DNA from: Thainema sp.
GTDB taxonomy: Bacteria; Cyanobacteriota; Cyanobacteriia; Phormidesmidales; Phormidesmidaceae
Direction: 5' to 3'
Length of the DNA stretch: 64,000 nucleotides
Assembly: GCA_052168235.1 (NCBI GenBank)
Contig: JBQLZK010000028.1
Location: 18,827 to 82,826 of the forward strand
The first letter of the stretch is position 1. Each line of letters opens with the position of its first letter. The position numbers and the translations under genes were made by a program. Below, piece after piece: positions 26,062-35,896 of this stretch. Below the pieces are notes generated by a model, which made no database searches, was not told the DNA's origin, and saw only the letters and a list, made by a program, of their open reading frames with translations.

Positions 26062-28737
26062 ATGAAGGTCAACACTATCGACGATCTCAATGCCCTGGTT
26101 GCTCAAGTCAAAGCGGCGCAGGCGCAATATGCCAACTTTACTCAGAACCAAGTTGATCAAATCTTCAAGCGGGCGGCGCTCAAAGCGAATGATGCTCGTA
26201 TCGCTCTGGCCAAACTGGCTGTCGCTGAAACTCAGATGGGCATCGTGGAGGACAAGGTGATCAAGAATCACTTTGCGTCTGAGTACATCTACAACAAATA
26301 CAAGAACGAGAAAACTTGTGGAGCCATCGAAACGGATAACACCTACGGCTTCCAGAAAATTGCTGAACCAATTGGGGTTCTAGCAGGAATCATCCCGGTG
26401 ACGAATCCCACCTCGACGACGATTTTCAAGGCATTACTGGCGCTGAAAACCCGCAACGCAATTATTTTTTCGCCCCATCCCCGCGCCAAGGGCTGTACGG
26501 CGGAAGCTGCTCGCATCGTGCTCGAAGCGGCAGTAGAAGCGGGTGCGCCGGAGCATATTATCGCCTGGATGGATGATCCGACGATTGAGCTGTCCCAGGC
26601 GCTGATGCAGCATCCGGAAGTGAAGCTGATTCTGGCGACGGGCGGCCCCGGCATGGTGAAAGCAGCTTATTCTTCAGGCCACCCGGCTTTAGGCGTCGGG
26701 GCGGGCAACACGCCAGCGGTGATTGACGAAACGGCGCACCTGAAGATGGCGGTGTCGTCGATTCTGCTCAGCAAAACCTTTGACCACGGCATGATCTGCG
26801 CCTCGGAGCAGTCCATCGTCGTCGTCGATGAAATTTACGATGAAGTGAAACAGGAACTGTGCGATCGCGGCGCTTATATCTTGACTACCGATGAAAAAGA
26901 AAAGGTAGGCCAGCAGATTATCGTCAACGGACGGTTAAATGCCGGAATTGTGGGTCAATCGGTATCTGGTATTGCAGATTTAGCGGGAATTACGATTCCG
27001 GATCACGTCAAGGTGCTGGTGGGCGAAGTCGATGCAATTGACCACGACGAACCCTTTGCCTACGAAAAGCTATCGCCGATCCTGGCCATGTACCGAGCCA
27101 AGTCCTTTGATGATGCGGTCAGCAAGGCGCAAAAGCTGGTGGATTTGGGCGGTCGGGGCCACACGTCGGTGCTCTATACCGCGCCCGCTAATCAGCAGCG
27201 GATTGAGAAGTTTGAGCAGGCGGTGCAGACGGCACGGGTGCTAATCAATACGCCGTCTTCGCAAGGAGCAATTGGCGACCTGTATAACTTCCGACTCGAT
27301 CCCTCGCTCACCCTGGGCTGCGGCACCTGGGGCGGCAACTCCGTCAGCGAAAACGTGGGGCCAAAGCACCTGCTCAATATCAAGAGCGTGTCCGAGCGGC
27401 GAGAAAACATGCTGTGGTTCCGCATTCCGCCCAAGATTTACTTCAAGTACGGCTGCTTACCCGTGGCACTGCGGGATCTGGCGGGCAAACAGCGGGCGCT
27501 GATCGTGACCGACAAACCGCTCTATGAGCTAGGCATGACTCGCACCGTGGAAGCCGTGCTGGACGACATCGGCATCAAATACGACATCTTCTACGATGTC
27601 GAACCCGATCCCTCGCTCGATACCGTGAATCGGGGACTGGCGCTGATGAATCGCTTCAATCCCGATGTGATTATTGCTTTTGGCGGCGGGTCGCCGATGG
27701 ATGCGGCCAAGGTGATGTGGCTGATGTATGAACAGCCGGACATCGAATTTGAAGGGATGGCCATGCGGTTTATGGATATCCGCAAGCGGGTGTATGAGTT
27801 CCCGACGACGCTGGGCGCAAAAGCTACGCTGGTCTGCATTCCCACTACCTCTGGCACGGGTTCCGAGGTGACGCCGTTTGCCGTTGTGACCGACAACCGG
27901 ACGGGGATCAAGTATCCCATTGCCGACTATGCGCTGACGCCCCACATGGCGATCGTTGATCCCCAGTTGGTGATGAACATGCCCAAGTCGCTGACGGCCT
28001 TTGGCGGCATTGATGCGCTGACTCATGCGCTGGAAGCCTACGTGTCGGTCTGTGCCTCGGAATTCACGAATGGGCAAGCCCTGGAAGCGATTCGCCTGCT
28101 GTTCAAATATCTGCCCAGTGCCTACAAAAACGGAGCCAACGATCCGAAGGCGCGGGAGAAGGTTCACTATGCCGCGACGATGGCGGGGATGGCCTTTGCC
28201 AACGGCTTCCTAGGTATCTGCCACTCGCTGGCCCACAAGCTGGGTTCCACGTTCCACATTCCCCACGGCTTGGCCAATGCGCTGATGATTTCGCACGTCA
28301 TCCGCTACAACGCCACCGATGCGCCGTTTAAGCAGGCCATCTTCCCGCAGTACAAGTATCCCAATGCCAAGTGGCGCTACGCCCGGATTGCCGATTACCT
28401 GCAGCTCGGCGGAGCCGACGAGGATGAAAAAGTGGATCGCTTAATCGCCGCCATTGAGCAGCTTAAGGCTGCTGTTGACATTCCCACCGCCATCCGCGAT
28501 GTGATTCCGGCTAAGACAGCAGACTTTTACCAGATGGTGCAGGATATGGCCGAGCAAGCCTTTGACGACCAATGCACGGGCACCAATCCCCGCTATCCGC
28601 TGATTGAAGACCTGAAGCAGTTATATATTCAAGCCTTTGAAGGAGAACGCCCCGTGGCCGTGATCGATCTGAATCAGGTGCTGCAGTTGAGCAATGGTCA
28701 CGCCTCAGACTGGACGCATGAGGAGGTCAAGATTTAG
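26062..28737 (+). CDS. adhE: Bifunctional acetaldehyde-CoA/alcohol dehydrogenase
   Basis: P.TNPTST, ATGGPGMV, FDHGMICASEQ, EKLSP, TLGCG.WG.N, GGGSPMDAAK, PTTSGTGSE, CHSLAHK. Confidence 0.97.
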   Translation: MKVNTIDDLNALVAQVKAAQAQYANFTQNQVDQIFKRAALKANDARIALAKLAVAETQMGIVEDKVIKNHFASEYIYNKYKNEKTCGAIETDNTYGFQKIAEPIGVLAGIIPVTNPTSTTIFKALLALKTRNAIIFSPHPRAKGCTAEAARIVLEAAVEAGAPEHIIAWMDDPTIELSQALMQHPEVKLILATGGPGMVKAAYSSGHPALGVGAGNTPAVIDETAHLKMAVSSILLSKTFDHGMICASEQSIVVVDEIYDEVKQELCDRGAYILTTDEKEKVGQQIIVNGRLNAGIVGQSVSGIADLAGITIPDHVKVLVGEVDAIDHDEPFAYEKLSPILAMYRAKSFDDAVSKAQKLVDLGGRGHTSVLYTAPANQQRIEKFEQAVQTARVLINTPSSQGAIGDLYNFRLDPSLTLGCGTWGGNSVSENVGPKHLLNIKSVSERRENMLWFRIPPKIYFKYGCLPVALRDLAGKQRALIVTDKPLYELGMTRTVEAVLDDIGIKYDIFYDVEPDPSLDTVNRGLALMNRFNPDVIIAFGGGSPMDAAKVMWLMYEQPDIEFEGMAMRFMDIRKRVYEFPTTLGAKATLVCIPTTSGTGSEVTPFAVVTDNRTGIKYPIADYALTPHMAIVDPQLVMNMPKSLTAFGGIDALTHALEAYVSVCASEFTNGQALEAIRLLFKYLPSAYKNGANDPKAREKVHYAATMAGMAFANGFLGICHSLAHKLGSTFHIPHGLANALMISHVIRYNATDAPFKQAIFPQYKYPNAKWRYARIADYLQLGGADEDEKVDRLIAAIEQLKAAVDIPTAIRDVIPAKTADFYQMVQDMAEQAFDDQCTGTNPRYPLIEDLKQLYIQAFEGERPVAVIDLNQVLQLSNGHASDWTHEEVKI

Positions 28738-28773
28738 GCAAGTTGCGGTGGAAGATGCGATCGCACTCTGTCA

Positions 28774-28849
28774 ATGAGTCAATGCCGATGAGTCAATGCC
28801 GATGAGTCAATGCCGATGAGTCAATGCGGGTGGGCACTGCCCACCCTAC
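28774..28849 (+). repeat. About four copies of a 14-bp tandem repeat followed by a REP-like palindrome
   Basis: ATGAGTCAATGCCG x3.9, then GGGTGGGCACTGCCCACCCTAC. Confidence 0.85.
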
Positions 28850-28929
28850 CCGAAAACGGTCCAATACAAGGTTGGCAAACACGGTGAACATCTACATGCC
28901 CCACACTGAATATCGTTTGGGAGGACTGC

Positions 28930-29949
28930 ATGATGTATAGACATGTCATCATTACCCAGCACGGTGGCTCCGAGGTTTTGCAGCTAGTTGAAGATGAGTT
29001 GCCGGAACCCGCCGCTGATCAAGTCCGGGTGCGAGTGTTGGCGACCGGAGCGGCCTTCACGGATGTGCTGATTCGGGAGGGACTGTATCCCGGTGTGCCC
29101 AAACCGCCATTTTCACCCGGATATGAAGTGGTTGGCCTGGTGGATCAGGTTGGGGCGAACGTAACCAATGTGCAGCCAGGGCAGCGGGTTGCGGCTCTCA
29201 CTGTCACGGGTGGCTACAGCGAGTTTATCTGCTTGCCAGCCGAGGAACTGGTGCCCGTCCCCGACGGCGTAGACTCTGCCGAAGTAGCCTGTTTAGTGTT
29301 GCAATATGTGACGGCGTATCAACTCCTGCATCGGGTGGCGCACGTGCAGCCAGGGCAGCGGCTGCTGATTCACGGGGCGGCGGGCGGTGTCGGGACGGCG
29401 CTACTTGAACTCGGCCAGTCGTTGAACCTAGAGATGTACGGCACGGCGTCGGCTGGCAAGCACGACTTGGTGCGGCAACTGGGCGGCACTCCCATTGACT
29501 ATCGCCACGAGGACTTTTGCGATCGCATTCGTGAACTGACGACCGACGGGGTTGATGTCGTGTTCGACGGCATTGGCGGCACGCATTTACTGGCCTCACA
29601 CCGAGCCTTGGCACCTAAAGGGCAACTCGTTTGCTACGGCTTTTCAGCAGCATTGAAATCCACCCAGCGCTGGCGCTCACTGGCGACCACGTTTGCGCTG
29701 ATTGCAGGGCTGAAGCTTTGGCCCGATGGTCGCCAGCTCTCGTTTTACAGCATCACGGGCATGAAACAGGCGCATCCTGACTGGTTCAAAGCCGATCTGA
29801 CCACTTTGATGGATGAGCTGAAAGCGGGCACCATCCGCCCGATTATTGCCCAGCGCTTGCCGCTACAGGAGGCACCCGCCGCCCATCGGCTGCTGGAGCA
29901 GTCTGCCGTTCAGGGACAACTGGTGCTGATGTGCGATCGCAATCTCTAA
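28930..29949 (+). CDS. Medium-chain dehydrogenase/reductase (NAD(P)H:quinone oxidoreductase-like)
   Basis: P..PFSPGYEVVG.V..VG, LIHGAAGGVGTA, GVDVVFDGIG. Confidence 0.85.
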   Translation: MMYRHVIITQHGGSEVLQLVEDELPEPAADQVRVRVLATGAAFTDVLIREGLYPGVPKPPFSPGYEVVGLVDQVGANVTNVQPGQRVAALTVTGGYSEFICLPAEELVPVPDGVDSAEVACLVLQYVTAYQLLHRVAHVQPGQRLLIHGAAGGVGTALLELGQSLNLEMYGTASAGKHDLVRQLGGTPIDYRHEDFCDRIRELTTDGVDVVFDGIGGTHLLASHRALAPKGQLVCYGFSAALKSTQRWRSLATTFALIAGLKLWPDGRQLSFYSITGMKQAHPDWFKADLTTLMDELKAGTIRPIIAQRLPLQEAPAAHRLLEQSAVQGQLVLMCDRNL

Positions 29950-29971
29950 TTAACGTTCGAGGGGAAATGGT

Positions 29972-30688
29972 ATGGCAGTTAAAACACTCAAAATTGACGA
30001 TCAGGATATTGCGATCGCAGAAGGCGCGTCTATCCTGGAGGCCGCCAAAGAAGCGGGCGTACGGATTCCAACTCTGTGCTTTTTGGAAGGGGTCAGCTCC
30101 GTGGGAGCCTGCCGTCTCTGCCTGGTGGAAATCGAAGGCAGCAATAAACTTTTGCCCGCCTGCGTCACCGAAGTGGCCGAAGGCATGGTGGTGCATACCC
30201 AAACGCCCAAGCTGCAAGAGTATCGCCGCATGGCCGTGGAGCTGATTTTTGCCGAGGGCAATCACGTCTGCTCAATCTGCGTGGCCAACGGCAACTGCGA
30301 ACTGCAAGATGTCGCCATCGAAGTCGGCATGGATCACTCCCGCTTTGCCTATCGCTTCCCGGATCGGGGCGTGGACTTGTCTCACGACCTGTTTGGCATT
30401 GATCACAACCGCTGCATCCTCTGCACCCGCTGCGTCCGCGTCTGCGACGAGATTGAGGGGGCACACGTTTGGGATGTGGCCAATCGGGGCGCGGCTTGCT
30501 ATATCGTCTCCGGTCTGAATCAGCCCTGGGGCGATGTCAGCGCCTGCACCTCCTGCGGCAAATGCGTCGATGCCTGCCCCACCGGATCGATTTTCCACAA
30601 GGGCGAAACCACAGGCGAAAAAATCCGCGATCGCGACAAGTTCGCTTTCCTATCTACCGCACGGGAGAAACACGAATGGACAAGATAA
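29972..30688 (+). CDS. hoxU: Bidirectional hydrogenase subunit HoxU
   Basis: IPTLC...GACRLC.VE, GNHVC.IC.ANG.CELQ, RCILCTRCVRVC, CTSCGKCV.ACPTG. Confidence 0.95.
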   Translation: MAVKTLKIDDQDIAIAEGASILEAAKEAGVRIPTLCFLEGVSSVGACRLCLVEIEGSNKLLPACVTEVAEGMVVHTQTPKLQEYRRMAVELIFAEGNHVCSICVANGNCELQDVAIEVGMDHSRFAYRFPDRGVDLSHDLFGIDHNRCILCTRCVRVCDEIEGAHVWDVANRGAACYIVSGLNQPWGDVSACTSCGKCVDACPTGSIFHKGETTGEKIRDRDKFAFLSTAREKHEWTR

Positions 30689-31227
30689 AGTTTGCCACGG
30701 TTTGGCTAGCGGGCTGTTCCGGTTGCCACATGTCATTTCTCGATCTGGATGAGTTTCTGATTGAGCTGGCGGGTTTAGTAGACGTGGTCTACAGTCCGGT
30801 CGCCTCGGATCTGAAAGACTATCCCGACGGCGTGGATGTTTGCCTGGTGGAAGGCGCAGTAGCCAACGAAGAAAACCTGGAGCTGATTTACCAAGTGCGC
30901 CGCCGCACCAAACTGCTGATTTCCTTTGGTGACTGCGCGGTGACGGCTAACGTGCCCGCCATGCGGAACCTGCTGCGGGAGGGAGCCAAGCCCGTCCTGG
31001 AGCGTGGCTATTTGGAACTGGCGGACGAAAATCCCCATTTACCCCACGCACCAGGCATCGTGCCGGAACTGCTAGATCGCGTTTTGCCAGTGCATGAAGT
31101 GGTGCCCATTGATATTTTCATGCCCGGTTGTCCACCCTCAGCAGATCGGATTCGCGCCACGTTGGAGCCGCTGCTCCAGGGGCAGGCACCGGAAATGGTA
31201 GGCCGCGACATGATCAAATTTGGTTAA
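30676..31227 (+). CDS. hoxY: Bidirectional hydrogenase small subunit HoxY
   Basis: TVWLAGCSGCHMSFLDLDE, FGDCAVTANVP, PGCPP; overlaps the end of hoxU. Confidence 0.95.
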   Translation: MDKIKFATVWLAGCSGCHMSFLDLDEFLIELAGLVDVVYSPVASDLKDYPDGVDVCLVEGAVANEENLELIYQVRRRTKLLISFGDCAVTANVPAMRNLLREGAKPVLERGYLELADENPHLPHAPGIVPELLDRVLPVHEVVPIDIFMPGCPPSADRIRATLEPLLQGQAPEMVGRDMIKFG

Positions 31228-31280
31228 TTTAGTTAATTTAATGATTTCACTTGACTGGGAGAAGCAAAGGAGAATTGGCC

Positions 31281-31514
31281 ATGAGCGTTGACAGTACAAA
31301 ATTCCAAGCCGAACTCGATTCTGCGATCGCAGAAGCCCATCGCATCCAGGCCGAAAAAGGAGCGGACTCACCGGAATGTGCCGCCGCCTGGGATGCCGTT
31401 GAAGAAATGCGGGCTGAGGTATCGCACCAGCATCAAGCGTCGCCAACGTCTAATTTCCAAAAATATGTAGACGAGCATCCCGATGCGCCGGAAGCTCGCA
31501 TGTACGACGACTGA
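31281..31514 (+). CDS. cp12: CP12 family protein, cysteine-depleted variant
   Basis: Core AAAWDAVEE motif and C-terminal Y.DEHPDAPE.R.YDD; only one Cys; AGGAG RBS. Confidence 0.85.
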   Translation: MSVDSTKFQAELDSAIAEAHRIQAEKGADSPECAAAWDAVEEMRAEVSHQHQASPTSNFQKYVDEHPDAPEARMYDD

Positions 31515-31589
31515 ACCGCGACTCACCGATCTATCTATGCTCACAAGCCATACCCCGTGTTTGACCAGGGGTGAAGGGAGGTTTACGAA

Positions 31590-33017
31590 ATGTCTAAAAC
31601 GGTTGTGATTGATCCCGTCACTCGGATTGAGGGTCACGCCAAGATCTCCGTCTTTCTCAACGATGCCGGAGAGGTCGATAAAGCACAGTTTCACGTGGTG
31701 GAATATCGGGGATTCGAGAAGTTTTGCGAAGGCCGCCCCTTCACCGAAATGGCCGGAATTACGGCGCGCATCTGCGGCATTTGTCCCGTAAGCCACCTGA
31801 TTTGCGCTGCCAAAACGGGCGATAAAATCCTGGCGGTGAAAGTGCCAGTGGCGGCAGACAAACTGCGGCGCTTGATGAACTTGGCCCAAATTACCCAATC
31901 CCATGCGCTCTCGTTTTTCCACTTGAGCAGTCCCGATTTTCTACTCGGCTGGGATAGCGATCCGGCCAAGCGCAATGTGTTTGGACTAATCGCCGCTGAT
32001 CCAGAGCTGGCTAGAGCGGGCATTCGCCTGCGTCAGTTCGGTCAAAAAATTATCGAAATTCTGGGTGGGCGCAAGATTCACGCCGCTTGGACTGTCCCCG
32101 GTGGAGTGCGATCGCCGCTGAGTGAAGAGGGTCGCGCTTGGATTGTCGATCGGCTACCGGAATCCCTCGATACCGTCCGTAAAGCCCTGGATATCTTCAA
32201 GGGGCTAATCAACGGCCCGATGCAGGAAGAAGTGAACGTGTTTGGCGAATTCCCGTCGCTATTCATGAGTCTGGTTGGTAAAGATGGCGAATGGGAGCAT
32301 TACGACGGCTATCTGCGCTTTACCGACAGCAACGGCAATATCGTTGCCGATCACCTGAGCGAGGACGACTACCAGGACTTCCTGGGTGAAGCGGTGGAAG
32401 ACTGGTCATACCTGAAATTCCCCTATTACAAGCCCCTGGGCTATCCCGGCGGCATCTATCGGGTGGGGCCACTGGCGCGGTTGAACAACTGTAGCCACAT
32501 TGGCACGCCCAGCGCCAATGCTGAACTGCAAGCCTTCCGGGAATATGCGGGCGGCGTGCCTACCTCGTCGTTCCTCTACCACTATGCGCGGCTAATTGAA
32601 ATTCTGGCCTGTCTCGAAAAAATTCAGGTGCTGATGGACGATCCGGATATGATGTCCAGCCGAGTCCGCTCCGAAGCGGGCGTGAACTCCCTGGTCGGCA
32701 TCGGCGTCAGCGAAGCACCGCGCGGCACCCTGTTCCATCACTATCAGGTGGATGAAAATGGCCTAATCAAAAAGGTCAACCTGATTATTGCCACGGGGCA
32801 CAACAATCTGGCCATGAACAAAACCGTCACCCAGATTGCCCAGCACTACATCCACGGCGAAGACATTCCCGAAGGCTTCCTGAACCGAGTCGAAGCAGGC
32901 ATCCGCTGTTATGATCCCTGCCTCTCCTGCTCCACCCATGCGGTGGGCCAAATGCCGCTGCACATTCAGCTGGTGAAGCCGGACGGTTCCGTCGCGAAAG
33001 AGGTGTATCGGGATTAA
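31590..33017 (+). CDS. hoxH: Bidirectional [NiFe] hydrogenase large subunit HoxH
   Basis: [12 protein letters not shown]1 RICGIC, L2 DPCLSCSTH and a C-terminal extension for HoxW cleavage. Confidence 0.97.
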   Translation: MSKTVVIDPVTRIEGHAKISVFLNDAGEVDKAQFHVVEYRGFEKFCEGRPFTEMAGITARICGICPVSHLICAAKTGDKILAVKVPVAADKLRRLMNLAQITQSHALSFFHLSSPDFLLGWDSDPAKRNVFGLIAADPELARAGIRLRQFGQKIIEILGGRKIHAAWTVPGGVRSPLSEEGRAWIVDRLPESLDTVRKALDIFKGLINGPMQEEVNVFGEFPSLFMSLVGKDGEWEHYDGYLRFTDSNGNIVADHLSEDDYQDFLGEAVEDWSYLKFPYYKPLGYPGGIYRVGPLARLNNCSHIGTPSANAELQAFREYAGGVPTSSFLYHYARLIEILACLEKIQVLMDDPDMMSSRVRSEAGVNSLVGIGVSEAPRGTLFHHYQVDENGLIKKVNLIIATGHNNLAMNKTVTQIAQHYIHGEDIPEGFLNRVEAGIRCYDPCLSCSTHAVGQMPLHIQLVKPDGSVAKEVYRD

Positions 33018-33114
33018 TTGAGAGTGAAGGAGAAGTGCGATCGCACTTTTAATCACTATGCTGATCGCACTTGTCTGAATCTGCCCATGTTGCTACTAGG
33101 GAGGGAAAAGCCAG

Positions 33115-33387
33115 ATGGCCAAAGAAAACTTATTTCTCTGTATGGGATCGGCCTGCCATCAACTGGGTGTCTACGACGTGCTGCCCAAACTGCAAGCTCT
33201 AATCCAAAAGCACGGTCTTGAACAGGAGATTGAGCTGAAGGGATCATTCTGCCTGGAAACCTGTAGCCAAGGCATCGTCATGAAGTTCCACGACACCTGC
33301 TTTTCCAACATCAGCCCTCAAAATGTCGAATCCAAATTCGAAGCCGAAATTCTGCCGAAAATTCAGTCAGCTCTGTCGGCAGTTTAG
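33115..33387 (+). CDS. Thioredoxin-like [2Fe-2S] small protein (HfsA-like)
   Basis: CMGSACH...ELKGSFCLETC (Cx4C...Cx3C); GGAGG RBS. Confidence 0.8.
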   Translation: MAKENLFLCMGSACHQLGVYDVLPKLQALIQKHGLEQEIELKGSFCLETCSQGIVMKFHDTCFSNISPQNVESKFEAEILPKIQSALSAV

Positions 33388-33394
33388 GTCAAGC

Positions 33395-33422
33395 GTAGGG
33401 GCGAATGGCCATTCGCCCCTAC
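33395..33422. repeat. REP-like palindrome
   Basis: GTAGGGGCGAATGGCCATTCGCCCCTAC; same element at 45841, variant at 49030. Confidence 0.85.
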
Positions 33423-33464
33423 GCAATTTAACGCTCCCAGTCCCCATTCTCAGCTTGTTGCACC

Positions 33465-34025
33465 ATGCTGATCCCTACCGTGACTGCTAACGTACCCAAT
33501 CACCTCTGGCAAATCCTCTGGGAATACGACCCCAATGGTCTAATCGTGGTCGATGCCGATTTGTATATCAAGCTGGTGAATCCGGCCTTTTGTGAGATGT
33601 TTGGCATCAAGCCGGACGATGCCATCGGCCAGCCAGCGGAAACGATTTTAGACGATGTCAGCGACTTTAAGCGGGTGTGGGAAACGGGCACGGTGATTCG
33701 CAATCAGCTCAAGCAGTATACGCAGCCGCCGCTGTTGCTCAACCAGGTGATTTTCTCCATTGAGGATGAGGGCATCATTGCCTGCATCATGACCGACTTC
33801 AGCCATCAGCTAGCGCAAAAGCAGGCGCTCACCAAGCTGAAGCACGAGACGATTAAGCAGGTGAACGAAGTGGTCGATCACCAAATGAAAGTGGTGCAGG
33901 AAATCGCCGGACTGCTGGGCGAAACGACTGCCGAAACCAAAGTCAGCCTGCTGAAAATTATTCAGATGCTACAGCAGGAAGCGAGCGATTCTTTGCCGTT
34001 GTTGAATCCCGATGAGCAGCCGTGA
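33465..34025 (+). CDS. PAS domain protein resembling the C-terminal half of sensory [FeFe] hydrogenases (HydS/HfsB)
   Basis: PNGLIVVD.DL.I..VNPAFCEMF PAS followed by VVDHQMKVVQEIAGLLGETTAETKVSL. Confidence 0.75.
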   Translation: MLIPTVTANVPNHLWQILWEYDPNGLIVVDADLYIKLVNPAFCEMFGIKPDDAIGQPAETILDDVSDFKRVWETGTVIRNQLKQYTQPPLLLNQVIFSIEDEGIIACIMTDFSHQLAQKQALTKLKHETIKQVNEVVDHQMKVVQEIAGLLGETTAETKVSLLKIIQMLQQEASDSLPLLNPDEQP

Positions 34026-35265
34026 CATGGAACAGATTTTGTCTTCAACGCGGACTGATGTGGATGCCACCGTTCGTTCTTCGCCTCTGATTGCTGTGAT
34101 GGAAGCCGACAATTTTCTCGATATTGCAGTCAGCAGTTTGAATAAGCAGGGCGAGGAATTGTGCGGTGACAAGGTGAAGTATCTGAAAACCGATGATCAG
34201 GTGATTATCGTCCTGTCAGACGGTTTGGGCAGCGGCGTGAAGGCAAATATTTTGGCCACGCTCACCACTGAAATTCTGATCACGATGCTGAATGCGGATG
34301 TGCCGCTGGAAGAAGTCCTGAAGACAGTAATTGCGACGCTGCCGATCTGCCAGGTGCGGAAGATTGCCTACTCCACGTTCACGATTTTGCGGATCAATCC
34401 GGCCAATAACCACTTCCGCGTGATTAATTTTGACAATCCGGCTCCGTTCTATTTCCACCAGGGTAAGGCCGTCAAGCTAGAGCTGAAAACGCAGGAAATC
34501 CTCGGTCGCAAAATTCAAATTGGTGAAGGCTATCTGCAACGGGGCGATTTTCTGGGCGCGATTAGTGACGGGGTACTCTATGCCGGGATGGGCATTACGC
34601 TGAATTTTGGCTGGGGCTGGGAGAATATCGCGAGTCACATTGAGCAGGTGTTGGTGAATCGCGCTCACACGGCTCGCACCATTATTCGCGAGGTGATTCG
34701 GCATACCCATGAGCTGTATCAAGGCGCAACCGGGGATGATGCCACGTTTGTTGGGGTGTATGTTCGCCAACGCAATCCGCTGCTGATTTTTACGGGGCCA
34801 CCGCTGGATGCGGAGCAGGATGAAGCCTACGTCAGCCGCTTTCTGGAATTTGAAGGGCGCAAGGTGATTTGCGGCGGTACGACTGGCAACATCGTGGCAA
34901 ATTTCCTGGGCGAAATGATTGACATGGATCTGTCCACCATGCGGCGGGAACTGCCACCCATTGGCATGTTGAGCTGCGTAGATCTGGTCACGGAAGGGAT
35001 TTTGACGCTCTCGAAGGCTACCGAGTATATCCGCAACTGTCACTGCGATGTCAGCCAGCTCCAGTTTGACAATAACGGTGCTTACTTGCTCAGCAAAGAG
35101 ATTTTGCAGGCGGATTCGATTCACTTTCTGGTTGGCCAAAGCATCAACGAGTTCTATCAAAATCCGCTGCTGCCCAAGAACATCTCAATTCGGCGCAGTC
35201 TCGTTGAAACATTGGTAGACGTGCTGAGGGCGGGGCAGAAGGAGGTGATGGTGGAGTATTGCTAG
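34012..35265 (+). CDS. SpoIIE/PP2C-family Ser/Thr phosphatase (HfsC-like)
   Basis: SLNK.GEELCGD, VLSDGLGSGVKANILATLT, TLPIC.VR.IAYSTF, SDGV..AG, GDDAT, KVICGGTT; alternative start 34099. Confidence 0.85.
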   Translation: MSSRDMEQILSSTRTDVDATVRSSPLIAVMEADNFLDIAVSSLNKQGEELCGDKVKYLKTDDQVIIVLSDGLGSGVKANILATLTTEILITMLNADVPLEEVLKTVIATLPICQVRKIAYSTFTILRINPANNHFRVINFDNPAPFYFHQGKAVKLELKTQEILGRKIQIGEGYLQRGDFLGAISDGVLYAGMGITLNFGWGWENIASHIEQVLVNRAHTARTIIREVIRHTHELYQGATGDDATFVGVYVRQRNPLLIFTGPPLDAEQDEAYVSRFLEFEGRKVICGGTTGNIVANFLGEMIDMDLSTMRRELPPIGMLSCVDLVTEGILTLSKATEYIRNCHCDVSQLQFDNNGAYLLSKEILQADSIHFLVGQSINEFYQNPLLPKNISIRRSLVETLVDVLRAGQKEVMVEYC

Positions 35266-35410
35266 GGGGGAGTAGGGGAGAGAGGGTGGATGGGTGGATG
35301 GGTGGATGGGTGGATGAGTGGATGGGTAAGGAGTAGGGAGTAGGGAGTAGGTGAGAAAGGGGGTGGGAGTGGGGATGGGTGTTGGTTGCGATGTAGGGAG
35401 TAAGGGGGGG
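35265..35410 (+). repeat. G-rich short tandem repeats (GGATGGGT / GGAGTAG)
   Basis: GGGTGGAT x5 and AGGGAGT x3 between the phosphatase gene and hoxW. Confidence 0.8.
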
Positions 35411-35416
35411 AAGGAG

Positions 35417-35896
35417 ATGGTGGGGATGTTGGTGGTTGGGTATGGCAATACGTTGCGGGGGGATGATGCGGTGGGGTATGAGATTGCGGAGGTGGTGCAG
35501 GATTGGGGGTTGGCTGGTGTGGAGGCGGTAGCTTGCCATCAGTTGACGCCGGAATTGGCAGATGCGATCGCAACTTTCCAATCCATTATTTTCGTAGATG
35601 CTGCGATCGCATCTGTCACCACCTCATCGGATATCACGCTGGAGCGGGTGGAACCGAGTGAGCAAAATCCGTTTACGACCCATGCGTCTACGCCAGCGGC
35701 GTTGCTGACCTTAGCGAAGTGGCTCTATGACGCGACCCCTGTTGCCTATCAGCTGACGATTCCAGCGATTGAGTTTGAGTTTACGGAAAGCCTGTCGCCT
35801 GTGACGGCTGAGGGCAAACGGCTGGCGCTGATGCAGTTACGCCGCATGTGTGAAGACACGCCATCCTCTGCAATGGGAGGCTACGCGAATGCATGA
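35417..35896 (+). CDS. hoxW: Hydrogenase maturation protease HoxW
   Basis: LVVGYGNTLRGDDAVG, HQLTPELA, IIFVDAA, TH; AAGGAG RBS. Confidence 0.9.
   Translation: MVGMLVVGYGNTLRGDDAVGYEIAEVVQDWGLAGVEAVACHQLTPELADAIATFQSIIFVDAAIASVTTSSDITLERVEPSEQNPFTTHASTPAALLTLAKWLYDATPVAYQLTIPAIEFEFTESLSPVTAEGKRLALMQLRRMCEDTPSSAMGGYANA

Noticed and set aside
28774..28827. CRISPR or iteron interpretation of the 14-bp repeats
   Set aside because: Head-to-tail copies without spacers and no Rep gene nearby
30469..30675. Long N-terminal extension of HoxY
   Set aside because: Overlaps hoxU in another frame; HoxY similarity begins at ATG 30676
33388..33464. Remnant of an [FeFe] hydrogenase domain between the [2Fe-2S] and PAS genes
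   Set aside because: Only 77 bp, largely a REP palindrome; no H-cluster motifs visible
35144..35581. Pro/His-rich minus-strand ORFs
   Set aside because: Translations of the G-rich microsatellite
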